From Vezdaea acicularis (lineage: Eukaryota), in the NCBI GenBank assembly GCA_026025075.1, contig JAPEUI010000075.1, positions 1 through 64,000 of the forward strand: a stretch of DNA of 64,000 nt, written 5' to 3'. Below, piece by piece: positions 21,672 through 32,875 of the stretch (its first letter is position 1; each line of letters begins with the position of its first letter). The notes under the pieces were generated by a model. It worked only from the letters and a program-made list of their open reading frames with translations. It ran no database searches and was not told the DNA's origin. The translations under genes and the position numbers were made by a program.

Positions 21672-24560
21672 GACTGAAGCTTTGATTGTCGCGCCCGATC
21701 AAGCGAACTTTCGAAAATGACGTTCCGACCTGCCAACAATTCTGGCCCCTCGACGGGACCAGCCGAGGGTCAGTCGCGAGTTCACCGCCATTGAACCCTT
21801 TTCCGTAAACGCGCCTCGATCCCCTGACTTCTGCATGTCAGGCCACCGCCAAATCTTAGATCGACATCAAGAATGGCGATGAAAGGACAGCTCGAGCCGT
21901 GTCCTTTCATACGTCCGAATCGAAGTACACATGAGTGTCCTCACCTTTTTGACGTAGCAATAGGCGATACCCGTCGATAGCACTCGACACCTATGTCGAT
22001 GCTGGCATCCGCGTTACACCTTACGGGGAAGCTGATCACCATCTCTCTGGTGAGGCAAATGCTGTGGTAATGGCATGAAAGGCAAGTCATAGCACACCAG
22101 CGGGGAGATCTCGATTGATCTACGACTAGGTCTTCGGCATGGCGTCTTTGACTATCTCCATCGGATTGTGGGCTGTTACATCCGGGCAAGGTCCAACGAT
22201 GCGGCTGCCCGTAGTACACAAATCTGCTACTCTGACCAAGGGACCCGTGGCTTAGGCCTGTCGCATGAAGTTCTGCCCGAAATTACGCCGGAACGGTCTC
22301 AAGCAAGATTTTGTCAGGCGTCCTCAGAAAGCCACCAAGCGCTTCGTCCTCTGCTGGTCATATCTGCTGCGTTTGAGCAAGAGGCGCGCGCTTGCGCACT
22401 GCGAGGCGTCACAATATACGCCCTTCAAGGCCAGATCGAGAGCGGTGAAGTTCTGTAAAGGGCAAGCATCATATACCCGGCAGCCTCTCACGCCTCTTAC
22501 GCATAGCGGCACACCAAACCCTGCCCAAGTCGCCCTTGTTGCATCATGGACGAATGATCGTACCTAGTCGATGCGACATGTTGAGTATACGATCTAGGAG
22601 AGAAGCATTGGACGGCTTACCGTGCCGAATACCCAATATGCTGGCACCCACTACTCCAGCCATCTTTATAGCCCTGGAGTACACCTGGACTTGCTGCCCA
22701 CCGAGTCTATATTAATGTCGTTACATCAACGGCGGTGAATGCTTGCGTGGAATTATAGCCGGCAACCCTGAATATCGTCGCCCTCCCCTACCTTGGATCG
22801 CACATCCCTCACCTAACCGGTATCACCCCAGATGAATACGAGCGGTGAAACTGTCTGCTCTCCGGAAGTATAGGCGCGGCATCTGCAAATTTTGAAAAAA
22901 TCTGTCGTCGTCCAATGCGCCCTATCAATGCGTCATGGGGCTGTTGCTCGTGAGGGTTGTCAAATAGGAGCAGGGGTTCCTCGACCAATCGCGCTGCTTC
23001 ATTCCGCTCTTCTAATCGAATCCAATGCTGATCAGTTTCGGAGCGGCACGTTAGCTGACAGTCGGAAATATTTGCGTGTGATGGCTTGGGAAGTTGACGT
23101 GTCGCTTGTTAGATGCGGAAGCAAACAATTCTCCGCGTTTGTTCACAAATCGGAGTCGAATTAGGGGACAGATGTTGTGGATGCGGTTCAGGAGCAACCA
23201 CAATCTCCTTTGTTGATGGCCAAAATCACTGCTTTCTTTCCACTCTTGATTTGCTTATCTTACACCGGAGCTGTGCTCCGAAGCGCATTGCATGACGATA
23301 AAAGGCGTTAGGAACAAGTGATCATTGTCTGTGGCGCTATCCTGGCACTTTTACTTTTTTCTGATCTGTGTTTTGGATTTTCTTTATACACGCACGGGAG
23401 GCAGCAGCCACTGTATTACCCCGACAGTTCTTGTTCACAGGAGTATGCGGTAAAGCAACGCGCCTAGACCTACCAGCGCGAGCCCAGAATAAGTTGCTAT
23501 CTTGTACGATGGATGCTCTATCTCTGAGCCTTGCCGTTACAATATGCAAGCACTTCAGTTTGCGAGTTTTTGCTCAGCACCGCCATCCAAGTTAACCACT
23601 TGGATGACTTTTTATTCATATCTACAGGCTTCCCTTGACGGGCAATAGAAGCGGGACTTCTACTGGCCCAAATCGTGCGCACGAAAGTCTGAGGCCTGGA
23701 ATTCCCCAAAGCAACGTAAATCAGCTGTGCCTGAAGAATCTGAAAGACAAACGGGCACTTGTGCCTGTCGGGATGCAGCTGCCCGCCAGGCCGCCTCCTT
23801 GGACCAGCCTCCACCAGCGCCAACCATTGATCCTCATTCGCGAGAAGATCACCTACTAGCTCTTGCCTGCTCGGCACTTCAAAGAATCGTCCTGTGTGTG
23901 AGAATTCCCTTTTGGCAGGTATGGTAATCTACCCATGCTACGCCGAGCCTCAATTACTGAAATTCAGCAGTTGAACCGGCGAGGATCTTGTTTACACCCT
24001 GATCCTCGAATATCAACTTTAGATGCCCATCCTCTTCGTGTACCTTTGCTGGCTAAGAGTGGCAAATAGCTAACTATGTATGTCTTGGGAGGCCCATGCG
24101 CAGTTCCGGTTTGACCAGGCTCGAGATCTTTAAAGATCCGCCATGACAAGGGATTCTCAAATGCGGTACCCCGTTGGAGGTTCGTCTGGCCCTGTGACGA
24201 TATGTGCAAAATTTTGTGACCTGTCAGATAACCATCCACTGGCCACGTCGTAGTTGTGACCGTACGGGGCAAACTCCGGAACTCTGATATTTACATCCCA
24301 ACTAATATGCTAAAATGCTTAATTATCTCCCTTCCCCACACTCGATGCGTTCCTTTATCGCTCCGGAAAGTTTCAGGAGTGGCAGATGTTCTGGGCTCGT
24401 CGCAATTTCGAGCATACATGCGCGGCGCGGTGTCACCTCTACGCTTTGGGCTTATAAGTGGAACCGCGCTCGTGGTCACCGAGATCGCCAGGCTCCTATG
24501 AGCATAGCTTAATTTTCTACTTTCCCTTGATATCTACTCAATTGATTATACCTCTAAGTT

Positions 24561-26331
24561 ATGACCCGGTTTTATCCTCGAATTTGCGAACCTATGTACT
24601 GGACTCGCCGTCCTAGTCGAACGACGGCGCAAGCGTCCTCTCATGAACAATTTCTGACCATAGGTTCTGGGCATACTCTACGGAATGATCCACGCTCATA
24701 TGGTCCATTGAATCAGCAAGGTCGAAGGGCCTCTCCCGAGGATCTACACAGTAGCTCAGAGCAGAGCGGGAGTCCTGCGAGGAAAAGAGTTCAAGTTGCC
24801 GTGTGTTCCCCTTTCCAAGTTTTGCCTTGAACGAGTCTTCACGAAAGTTCTTCACCGGCGCGTTGAGAATCTAGCAGTTTTATCCAAACGTATCTTGAAT
24901 TACTCGGGAAATCGGGCCATATTCTTAACGTGAAAGCTGACTTGTTTGAACTTTGCAGTGTGGACGGTGCCGTAAGCGGAAAATACGATGCAGCGGAGAT
25001 CCTGGAGATGGCTCCAGCTGTTCCAACTGCAAAAGTGCTGGAGATGACGCTAAAGGCAGCTGTAAATTTCTGAGGGTGCAGTGTGAACCTCTAGTCGCCG
25101 ATATCGATCAGCTTCAGCTGACTGGCAATGAATTTAGGTCTTGTCAAATCAAGTGGATCTTGGCGCGCCGTCAGACTCCGTTCCCCTTACCCCTTCCTAC
25201 CCATACTCCGGTAACCACCTTGCCACCTCGTCGATGCCTCATCTAGGTTCGTACGGACCTTATACTGGAAATAGCAGCTCGATTCCAGGATCTAGTTCTG
25301 GTCGACTTGCGAATAGCACATACTTGAATCGGCAATACTGCAACGTCCCAGGGAAGCAAACTTTCGCATCACCTTATACGTTCTTCGATGAGAACGATTA
25401 TGGAATAAGTGCTCCAACATACCCGCTACCCAGCCAAGAGATACCTACTACAACATCCCAAAGCTATGCCGCCCACGACCCCTTGAAAGGGTGGAGTCAG
25501 GTCCTGCCAACTTCAAAGTCTTCAAGCGGAAATGGACTTTTTATTGAACAAGAATGTACGCCACCTTACTCCGGCTCTGCCTTACCATACCTGAATGCAG
25601 GTCTTACTGCTCGTATGCCTCAAGCCACCCCAGATGGGCACACCTTCTTCCCGAATTTGACAACCCTAACATCCTCTCTTCCAGTTTCGTCCCCCGCAGG
25701 TGGCAGAATATTACCGCATCCCACCCGACACCAGCGAACGAGTATGCCCATAGCACGGAATCACAGTGTCGACGGAGAGCTCTCTGAAATGCCATACAAC
25801 GTTCCTCATGACTACTCGAACAGAGGGAACTTTATTCATTCCAGTATTGACCCAGTACCTCCTCCACGCCCTTCTGGGGGACCAACCGACGTTACGCCTC
25901 CTGAACCTCAACAGGTCGAAGAGTCGGCGACCAGAGACGAGTCTGCCGTCTCCTATCCTATGCCAGTCAGCCCACGAACGAACCTTTCATCAATCACCCC
26001 ATCACACTCATTCTCTGGTGGCCCTGTTGGAACTACATCATCGAATTACAATACGTCTAGCACTGCGATCTATCCTCCAGCTACAAGCGGATCGCAAGTT
26101 CTCAGACAGGGCTCAGATGCAAACCTCTATAGCTTCTCCTCGGACATGCAGAATTACCGCCGCAACTCCGGGTCTTCAGCCGAAGGGACGCTGGCAAATG
26201 GCCAGCCGTACACCCGTCACGGACCTCCAGCACATAACCAGTCTTCAGTGGAGAACTTACGAAGAAGAGAGGACGATTCGAGGCCACAGCAGCTTGCACA
26301 TCGTGTATCTGTTGGGAGTTTCCATGGGTGA
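24561..26331 (+). CDS. Zn(II)2Cys6 transcription factor with a low-complexity C-terminus
   Basis: RKRVQVA|CGRCRKRKIRCSGDPGDGSSCSNCKSAGDDAKGSC. Introns 24801-24958 and 25076-25137 join three ORFs in phase. The start codon is uncertain. Confidence 0.85.
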
Positions 26332-27242
26332 TATCCTTCGACTTTGAAAGAATACAACTCAACACCCCCAGTGGATCTTTTCCGATCACTAGAGTACCAC
26401 TGAAAACCATTCCCAAAGCTCAATAGAACAGCAAATCACCCCCCCCCAGCTCACAAGAGTCTAAAACCTTTACATGCCTTGATACACTCCCTTCTAAAGG
26501 CCTTCTTACAGCTTAAAACCTCTGAAGGCCACGACCCCCTACCACACTACCTCCTATAGTTTCAAATTTCGCATTTTTGTACGGTGTTTCTGTCATTCCC
26601 TCTTTGTTTATGTCTTCGATACTGTCAGCATCACAATCCCCAAAGAAAAGTTAACCCTTCATCGTATCACCACAACCCCCCATCCGACTCCAGCTCTCCA
26701 ACCAACTTCTGGTAACCCTAATGCAAGGCTGGTTCTCTGTGGCACCTACAATCGTCACTTTCTCCGTTCAGACTTTCTTTTGTTCTTGGCAGGACTTGAT
26801 AGATGCTTTGGAATAGGATGACTTTGTCTGAACGGGCTTAGTTGGAAGGGATTCGGCGTAGGTTCTTGTCATTAATTCAGTTGCTGTTGAACTTGTGCAT
26901 TATGTCGGCTAGGGAGTTGCATGGTAAGGGAATTTGGCTAGGGTTAAATTGTCAATAAAAGAAAAGTGAACATATGGCCCAGGAGTATGCAAGGCTTGTC
27001 GTCCTAAGTCGTGACCTGTATCTGTGAGAGCGTATGAGATATTCTTAATTGTGAGAAGGTGCCAATCTTGCTTTCAAGTCCTTTGATTGTATATCACTAG
27101 GTTCAGGTAGAACAAGATAGACTCAGTGCTGCGCTTATATTGACAAAACGCTATCTTCATTGTGTTCTAATGCTCCAGCATTTCGTCCAGGATGCAAGGT
27201 ACAGCAAGCCCCCATATACTCCTCCATACCACCAAGACAACT

Positions 27243-27849
27243 TTACTTTTTTTTCTTGTCTTTCGAAGCACCCTTAGTCTTAGCCGTCCCTCGGAGCTCC
27301 TTCGATCGGTTCTTGCGTTGCTTGCCTATATCACCCAATATGTCAGTTTTAATCCTCCATTGCTCAAGATTTATCCAAAGATCCTGCGCCTGAGAATCTA
27401 CCCAGACACAAAACGAGTGTACATACGTTGCTGCCGACTAGCCTTCTCGATCTTCTGCGCCTCGCCAATCCTCACCAACCGATAGTGTGGCTCAAACTTC
27501 TTCAGTGCCTCCGCGGAGTCGTAAATGAGTCCGAAACCTGTGCTCTTGCCGCCACCATATTGTGTCCGGAAACCGAAAACCATGACCTGTTTCTTGTCGG
27601 TCTTATAAAGTTCGGCCAGCTTGCCTCGGAGATCATCTTTGGAGACGTTGGCGCGGTTTGGATGGAGGACGTCCCTACGAATTGATATTTTTATTAGAGA
27701 TGTGCTTAATCAACATACTGGCGATACATGTTCTTGAGTAAAGAGCTCATTGGGTGAGGCACTTACACAACCATTTGCTTCCGTCCGAGTAGGGAATTCC
27801 GAAGGAACTTGCGCGTGCGCAGCGTAATCTGCTGTTCACGATCTGCCAT
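27243..27849 (-). CDS. RPS24: 40S ribosomal protein S24 (eS24), 137 aa
   Basis: [26 protein letters not shown]...[22 protein letters not shown]. Exons 27849-27767, 27674-27427 and 27325-27243, plus a probable 5'-UTR intron at 27859-27919. Confidence 0.97.
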
Positions 27850-28011
27850 GATTGCGGCCTATCGGAGGCAGCGTCAGCAAGCTACACTCAGACTGTTTGA
27901 TGTTCCTTAAAACGATTACCTTGAACGAATGCCGAGAGAAAGGAAAGGTGGTGATGCGTAGTGAGTATATTGTGTTGCCGTTGTCTATTAGAATTTGGCG
28001 TACGGTCTAGC

Positions 28012-28076
28012 GCTCGCTAAGGAAGTCTTGGCCGGATTTTGTGCGCCAGGGTTTGCCCTTCGCCTGATTCGCTAAT
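28012..28076. promoter_or_regulatory. Three-box motif set in the RPS24/EFM3 bidirectional promoter
   Basis: GCTCGCTAAG 28012-28021, CCGGATTT 28032-28039, ATTCGCTAAT 28067-28076. The same three words recur at 51812-51855. Confidence 0.55.
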
Positions 28077-28196
28077 CAAGACCGAGGTTTTCGACAACTA
28101 TAGTCATCATGCTTGAAGCTCTGTAAGGGTCGTAAAGCTTTCTTAGCACAGAGAGTGAGGAAAAGGGTCGCTATGCTACTCTTAAAACTTTAAGTC

Positions 28197-29537
28197 ATGT
28201 CGGAACTCATGCTAGGCCCCTATGACTCCTTACCTCTTGAAGAGCAGCCGAATCCTGAATATCAGCTTCAGATCTTCAAGCGGCAATATCTTCAGCTTGC
28301 TCATGGGAATGGACTAGCTTGGCCATCGGGTCATTGGCTCAAAGACGTTACATTTCAGTCTACCCTATATCATAGCATCTTCAAACCCCAGAATGTATCT
28401 TTCGAGCCTCCATCATTTCATACCATGCGCGTCCTCAAGGAGCTGATCCAACGAATTGAGAAAAGCATTACAGACCCAGAGGAGGAAGTATGACTACGCT
28501 GTATCATTTTCCGATACTGCACTAAGTATCTACGATCTACGATGTGCTCCCAGCATTCAATTCTGATCAATTTTCCATTGACAGGAGCTCTCCGAAGACC
28601 TACTATTACTTCTCTCATCTCTCATCGCCCGCCCTTTACGCGGTGGTACGGCTTCTCCTGATTGCAATACGGTTCAAGTGGCCCAGTCCGAATATTTTGT
28701 GACGTACACCGTTCCAGGCCCTACCATAGATGAGATTCCCAGATCTTTCACACTCACAGAATCGCCGAACATTATTGCGTCTAGTGGGACAACAGGTCAT
28801 CGAACCTGGGAAGCCTCTCTCCACCTTGGGGCTTGGCTGACATCCTTTCTGGGAGAGCGGTCCCTTATCGCAGGTAGAAGAGTCCTCGAGCTGGGGTGTG
28901 GGACCGGATTCCTCTCAGTTCTTTGCTCAAAAATACTGCATGCTGCAGACATCTTAGCTACGGATGGCGACCATGCATTGGTTGACCAAGCTCGTAAAAA
29001 TCTCTTCTTGAACGGCGTTCCACTAGGTGCGGAAGTAAACTTGCAGGCTTTCCGGTGGAGTGACGAGCTGGATATCATTCTTGATGATAGCGGTCAGAAG
29101 CAATGGGACGTAGTGCTAGGCGCAGATCTTGTACACAATATCATCGCTGAAGGCGTACCAGTACGGACTAACCAGAAGCTTTACAGGTATATGACGATGC
29201 AATAATTCCTCCTCTGGTAGTAACTATGATGGAGTTATTTGATCGTTTCCCTAAAATTCTGATTGTTTTTGCCATCACGCTTCGAAAGGAAGAGACGTTT
29301 CGTATGTTCCTGGATGCATGTAGTAAGCACTCATCTCCCCGAATGATTGAGCATGGTTGACGGTCCGGTTTAGCAGCACGGTACTTTGACATAAAGGATG
29401 AAGGGTACCAGAGCTTACCAGTTGAGGAACAGACAGGGTTTTTCCGTCCTGTCTCACCTCAAACTCGAATCCTTACCATTACACGCCAACCCTCGTCAGT
29501 AAGCGCAATCTCAGATCAAGTTCAGGACGCTAGATGA
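28197..29537 (+). CDS. EFM3: FAM86/EEF2KMT-type protein-lysine methyltransferase
   Basis: GTTGHRTWEASLHL, motif I VLELGCGTG, ATDG and LGADL|VYD. Introns 28488-28584, 29131-29186 and 29323-29373 (TAGCAG tandem acceptor). Confidence 0.85.
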
Positions 29538-29851
29538 TTGATTTCCGTATCGGGTTTCTCGTGGGTGCGTACCTAAGGTCTTTTGAACTATAGCATCTGC
29601 TGGGTACGACTTCCCCAGTAGCGTTGACTTACGCAATGGTAACCTACTACGTTTCATAGAGTAAACTTGCACTATCTCAGGGAATGTAGCATAGTTTTGC
29701 TGCTTTAAGAAGATGTCATTAATATACGAGTAACACTTGGTAGTCCTAACCGCTGTCCATGGCATCGTTGCTTCAGGGTAACATAGCATGCAATGCAATA
29801 ATCTTAACATATACAGGCTGTTCATACATGCGCTATCACGACAGTGTCTCT

Positions 29852-31142
29852 TTATCTCGCTCCTCGCGCCCCAGCCGGGACCATGGGTCGTCGCCTCCCA
29901 ACTACTCGCCCAAGGGCATCGCGTACCTCAGGAGTATTTCTTATTGTGCTCTGCACCATCCACTCACGCAATTTAGAATTGAAATCCTTCATGATCTTCT
30001 CATCAGCATAAGGTGCCAGGTCTAGTGTGAGAAGCCGAGCTGCTTCAAAATCTGTTAATCTCGACAGCTGTTCCACCCTATCGATTTGTTGTTGCTGAGC
30101 CGCTTCTGTATTTTGATGCAGCGCATGCTCGTCCTTCTGGAGTAGCGGTCCTAGCTGCGAGAACGCAATGAATAGAGTTAAAGCGATTTTCCGAGCCAAG
30201 GCCAAGAGCTGGAATGGGAGATATGGTGGATGGGTTGTGAAGCTTGTGAGGAGTGGATTAAGGATTTTAGTGACGAAAGGAGGGAAGTACGGGCGAGTGA
30301 TGGTATAAATCTCAAAAGTAGCAAGAGCCACGGATACAATGTAACGCCACTTGATACGTTAGCTTCATGTTTAGTACGTTCGACCGTATTGCCATACCCA
30401 CACGCCCCACTGCAAAATACCAAGGAACCCCATAATCACCATGAAGAAGCCGCCAGCGGCATAGTATGGTGCTATTCTTTGAAGCCCCGTGATGATGAAG
30501 TCTCGATTCGAAGAACAGTGTTTCCATTCTATGATTCCGGGCCCGAAACGCTCGTATGCAAAACGTTTGACCGGATTGAGGAGAGTGTCATGAGCAAGGC
30601 GTAGATATACAAAATATGCTTCGGATTCTTCTTTGCCGGCTTGAGTGACAGCCTTGTCTGGATGATGGAGGAGTGTCCTAAATAGTTTTAGCGCATGGAA
30701 AGGAGGTATGCCGTGGCAGAGCAATATCACAAGTGGAGAGCCTAGAACTTACAGCCGTCTGAATCTTGCCTTGATCGTTTTCTCATCAGTTGATGGCGTA
30801 AGGCCAAGAGCTTGATAATAATCCCCAGCCCGCCGTATCTCCCAGTCAGCTTCGAAAATTGTATACAATAAGTACACTACGATGACTGCGCAGTGAATCC
30901 TTTGTCGGTGTTTTAAGTATCGCGGCGACCCTGCTTGAGGCTTAGGATCTCCAGCACGAATCGTAACAGTGTAATAGATGGTTTGAAGCCATCCTGCGAC
31001 AAGCTTTGTATTGCGTTAGCGGAAGTCGAGCAGCTTGCTCTGCTCGACCAGTCATAGTACTCACACCAGGTAAAAACGCCCACCCGAAGTATGAAAGTAA
31101 TTGATTACTATTTGTCCCGCCTGCAGATACATATGAGCTCAT
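29852..31142 (-). CDS. Membrane-associated DnaJ-domain protein
   Basis: Exons 31142-31065, 31003-30753, 30677-30398 and 30349-29852. J-domain DYYQALGL...IKARFRRL..LHHPDK...L.NPVKRFAYERFG flanked by hydrophobic segments. Confidence 0.88.
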
Positions 31143-31467
31143 GATTGAAGCGACTGAACAACTCCAGCAGGTCGGAGTTAAAGAAGTCCAAGTACATGAG
31201 TAAATTCAATCGCAGACTCCAAAGTTCAGAAAATGAAGAAAGGTGGTCTGTCTGGGTCTAGGTAACTTTCGATACCTAGCGCGACCGAGGCAATCCTCGC
31301 CAAATTCATTGGCCGATACGTACCGGCCAGGACCACAACGGCCGACGTCGAGTTTAAAGATGCCGTGGCCGAGACTATTTTACAAAACGTTCAAGTTATA
31401 AAAGGTATGCAAACCTGCCTAAGCTCTTATCTGATAGCTTTTACTTACGTTGAAAACGGCAGGCGCT

Positions 31468-32457
31468 ATGTCCGTAGATCTTGGGAATATACACTCGGCA
31501 TCGAGCCCGTCCCAAAACCGCCTCGATAGGGCGAAGAAAAAGGATGAGCGGATGCGTAAAGCAAACGGCGAGGGAAAACGAAAGCGTGCCCTTGAAGATG
31601 AACACCACCAATCATCAGTGAAGACTAAGAAATCTAAAACTGATCCGTCATTGACCCATTCTGAAGCACGCAAGGAAAATCTGTCAAACTCCTCAGAAGG
31701 CTCTCCATTCCACCTTCTGACTACTTCGCTCTATCTCCCACTCTCTCCAATCTCTCAACAATACCCACTCAAAGGTCTCTGTACAGAACACATCTCGCCG
31801 CTAGTCCTTACCTATCATACGCCCTTCGAAGGCGTCGTTCTCTCCTACCATAACGCTCGCCTATCTAACGGACCGTCCGCGGCTGCGAAGGGTGACCAGA
31901 TAGTCTATGCCAAATCAGTAGATGAGTATGCTGCAAGCTTTCTATGGCTCACAGTGGATTTCTTATTGCTAAGGCCGTGTCGAGGGCAATGGATAGAAGG
32001 CTGGATAAACCTGCAAAATGAGGGCCATCTGGGGCTCGTATGCTGGAATCTGTTCAATGCGAGTATTGAGCGCAGGAGGTTACCAAAGGACTGGCGATGG
32101 ATCGGACCTATGGCGAACAGTAAGAATGAAAAGCGCAGGGCTGGACTGGAGGGCTCAATAGACGTTCACATGACTGACACTGATGAGGGGACTGAAGGAC
32201 ACTTCGAAGACGACATAGGGCGCAAGATTGAAGGATCACTTCGCTTTCGTATTAGGGATTTTGACACGTCATTTGATCGTGACAAGGGCTTTGTCACCCT
32301 TGAAGGTGCATTTCTAGAGGAAGAAGAGGATGAAGCAATCGTGGAAGAGGAGAACACAAGGTGGAGAGGAGCTGGGGCTCAGAAAGGCAACGGGGCGATC
32401 GATCCTGGGCGATACTCCTCCCAGGCAGGCATAGGCATTATTCGGAATGGTAGATGA
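31468..32457 (+). CDS. RPA43: RNA polymerase I subunit Rpa43
   Basis: LYLPLSPI...EHISPLVLTY...GVVLSY...FLWLTVDFLLLRP..G..IEGWINLQNEGHLGLVCWNLFNASI. Probable 5'-UTR intron at 31405-31462. Confidence 0.88.
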   Translation: MSVDLGNIHSASSPSQNRLDRAKKKDERMRKANGEGKRKRALEDEHHQSSVKTKKSKTDPSLTHSEARKENLSNSSEGSPFHLLTTSLYLPLSPISQQYPLKGLCTEHISPLVLTYHTPFEGVVLSYHNARLSNGPSAAAKGDQIVYAKSVDEYAASFLWLTVDFLLLRPCRGQWIEGWINLQNEGHLGLVCWNLFNASIERRRLPKDWRWIGPMANSKNEKRRAGLEGSIDVHMTDTDEGTEGHFEDDIGRKIEGSLRFRIRDFDTSFDRDKGFVTLEGAFLEEEEDEAIVEEENTRWRGAGAQKGNGAIDPGRYSSQAGIGIIRNGR

Positions 32458-32875
32458 GATTGTATATATTCTAATCTGAAGGCCATAATAAACAAAATCG
32501 ACATCTGAATCGTACTTCCTCGGAATCTGTGATTGGATTGTGCTCAGAAAATCGATAGCATTCGCTCTGATGTTATGAACTCAGAATATTCGGGTTCTGG
32601 TTCTGCGAAGAAGTTGCCAAATCTGACAATTTCCCTTCAAGAAACCAAATCAAAAAGGTGCTTTTGGACAAAATCATGACAAATTCAGTCTTTAAAATGT
32701 CGTTCTGATTTTTCATTCATAAGGCCGTAAAACATTAGACCTCGGCTACAAAAAAGATGCGCTCTTCCACATAACGACTGGCCGAGAAGTTACGCTGGGC
32801 AGATCAAGGTGAACGGTCCCAGGGATCTCATGAGATCACGCATATCTCTCACATTCAGCCACTGAATGCCTTAAG

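Noticed and set aside
21941..22219. YY...SPQSDGDS as a possible remnant of the PPIL4 cyclophilin domain
   Set aside because: The spacing does not match and no other PPIase motif is nearby; probably chance.
26713..26721. TAACCCTAA, a possible telomerase RNA template
   Set aside because: A single 9-mer in a 0.9-kb gap between convergent genes, too short for the roughly 2-kb Pezizomycotina telomerase RNA; no pseudoknot or CR4/5 recognised.
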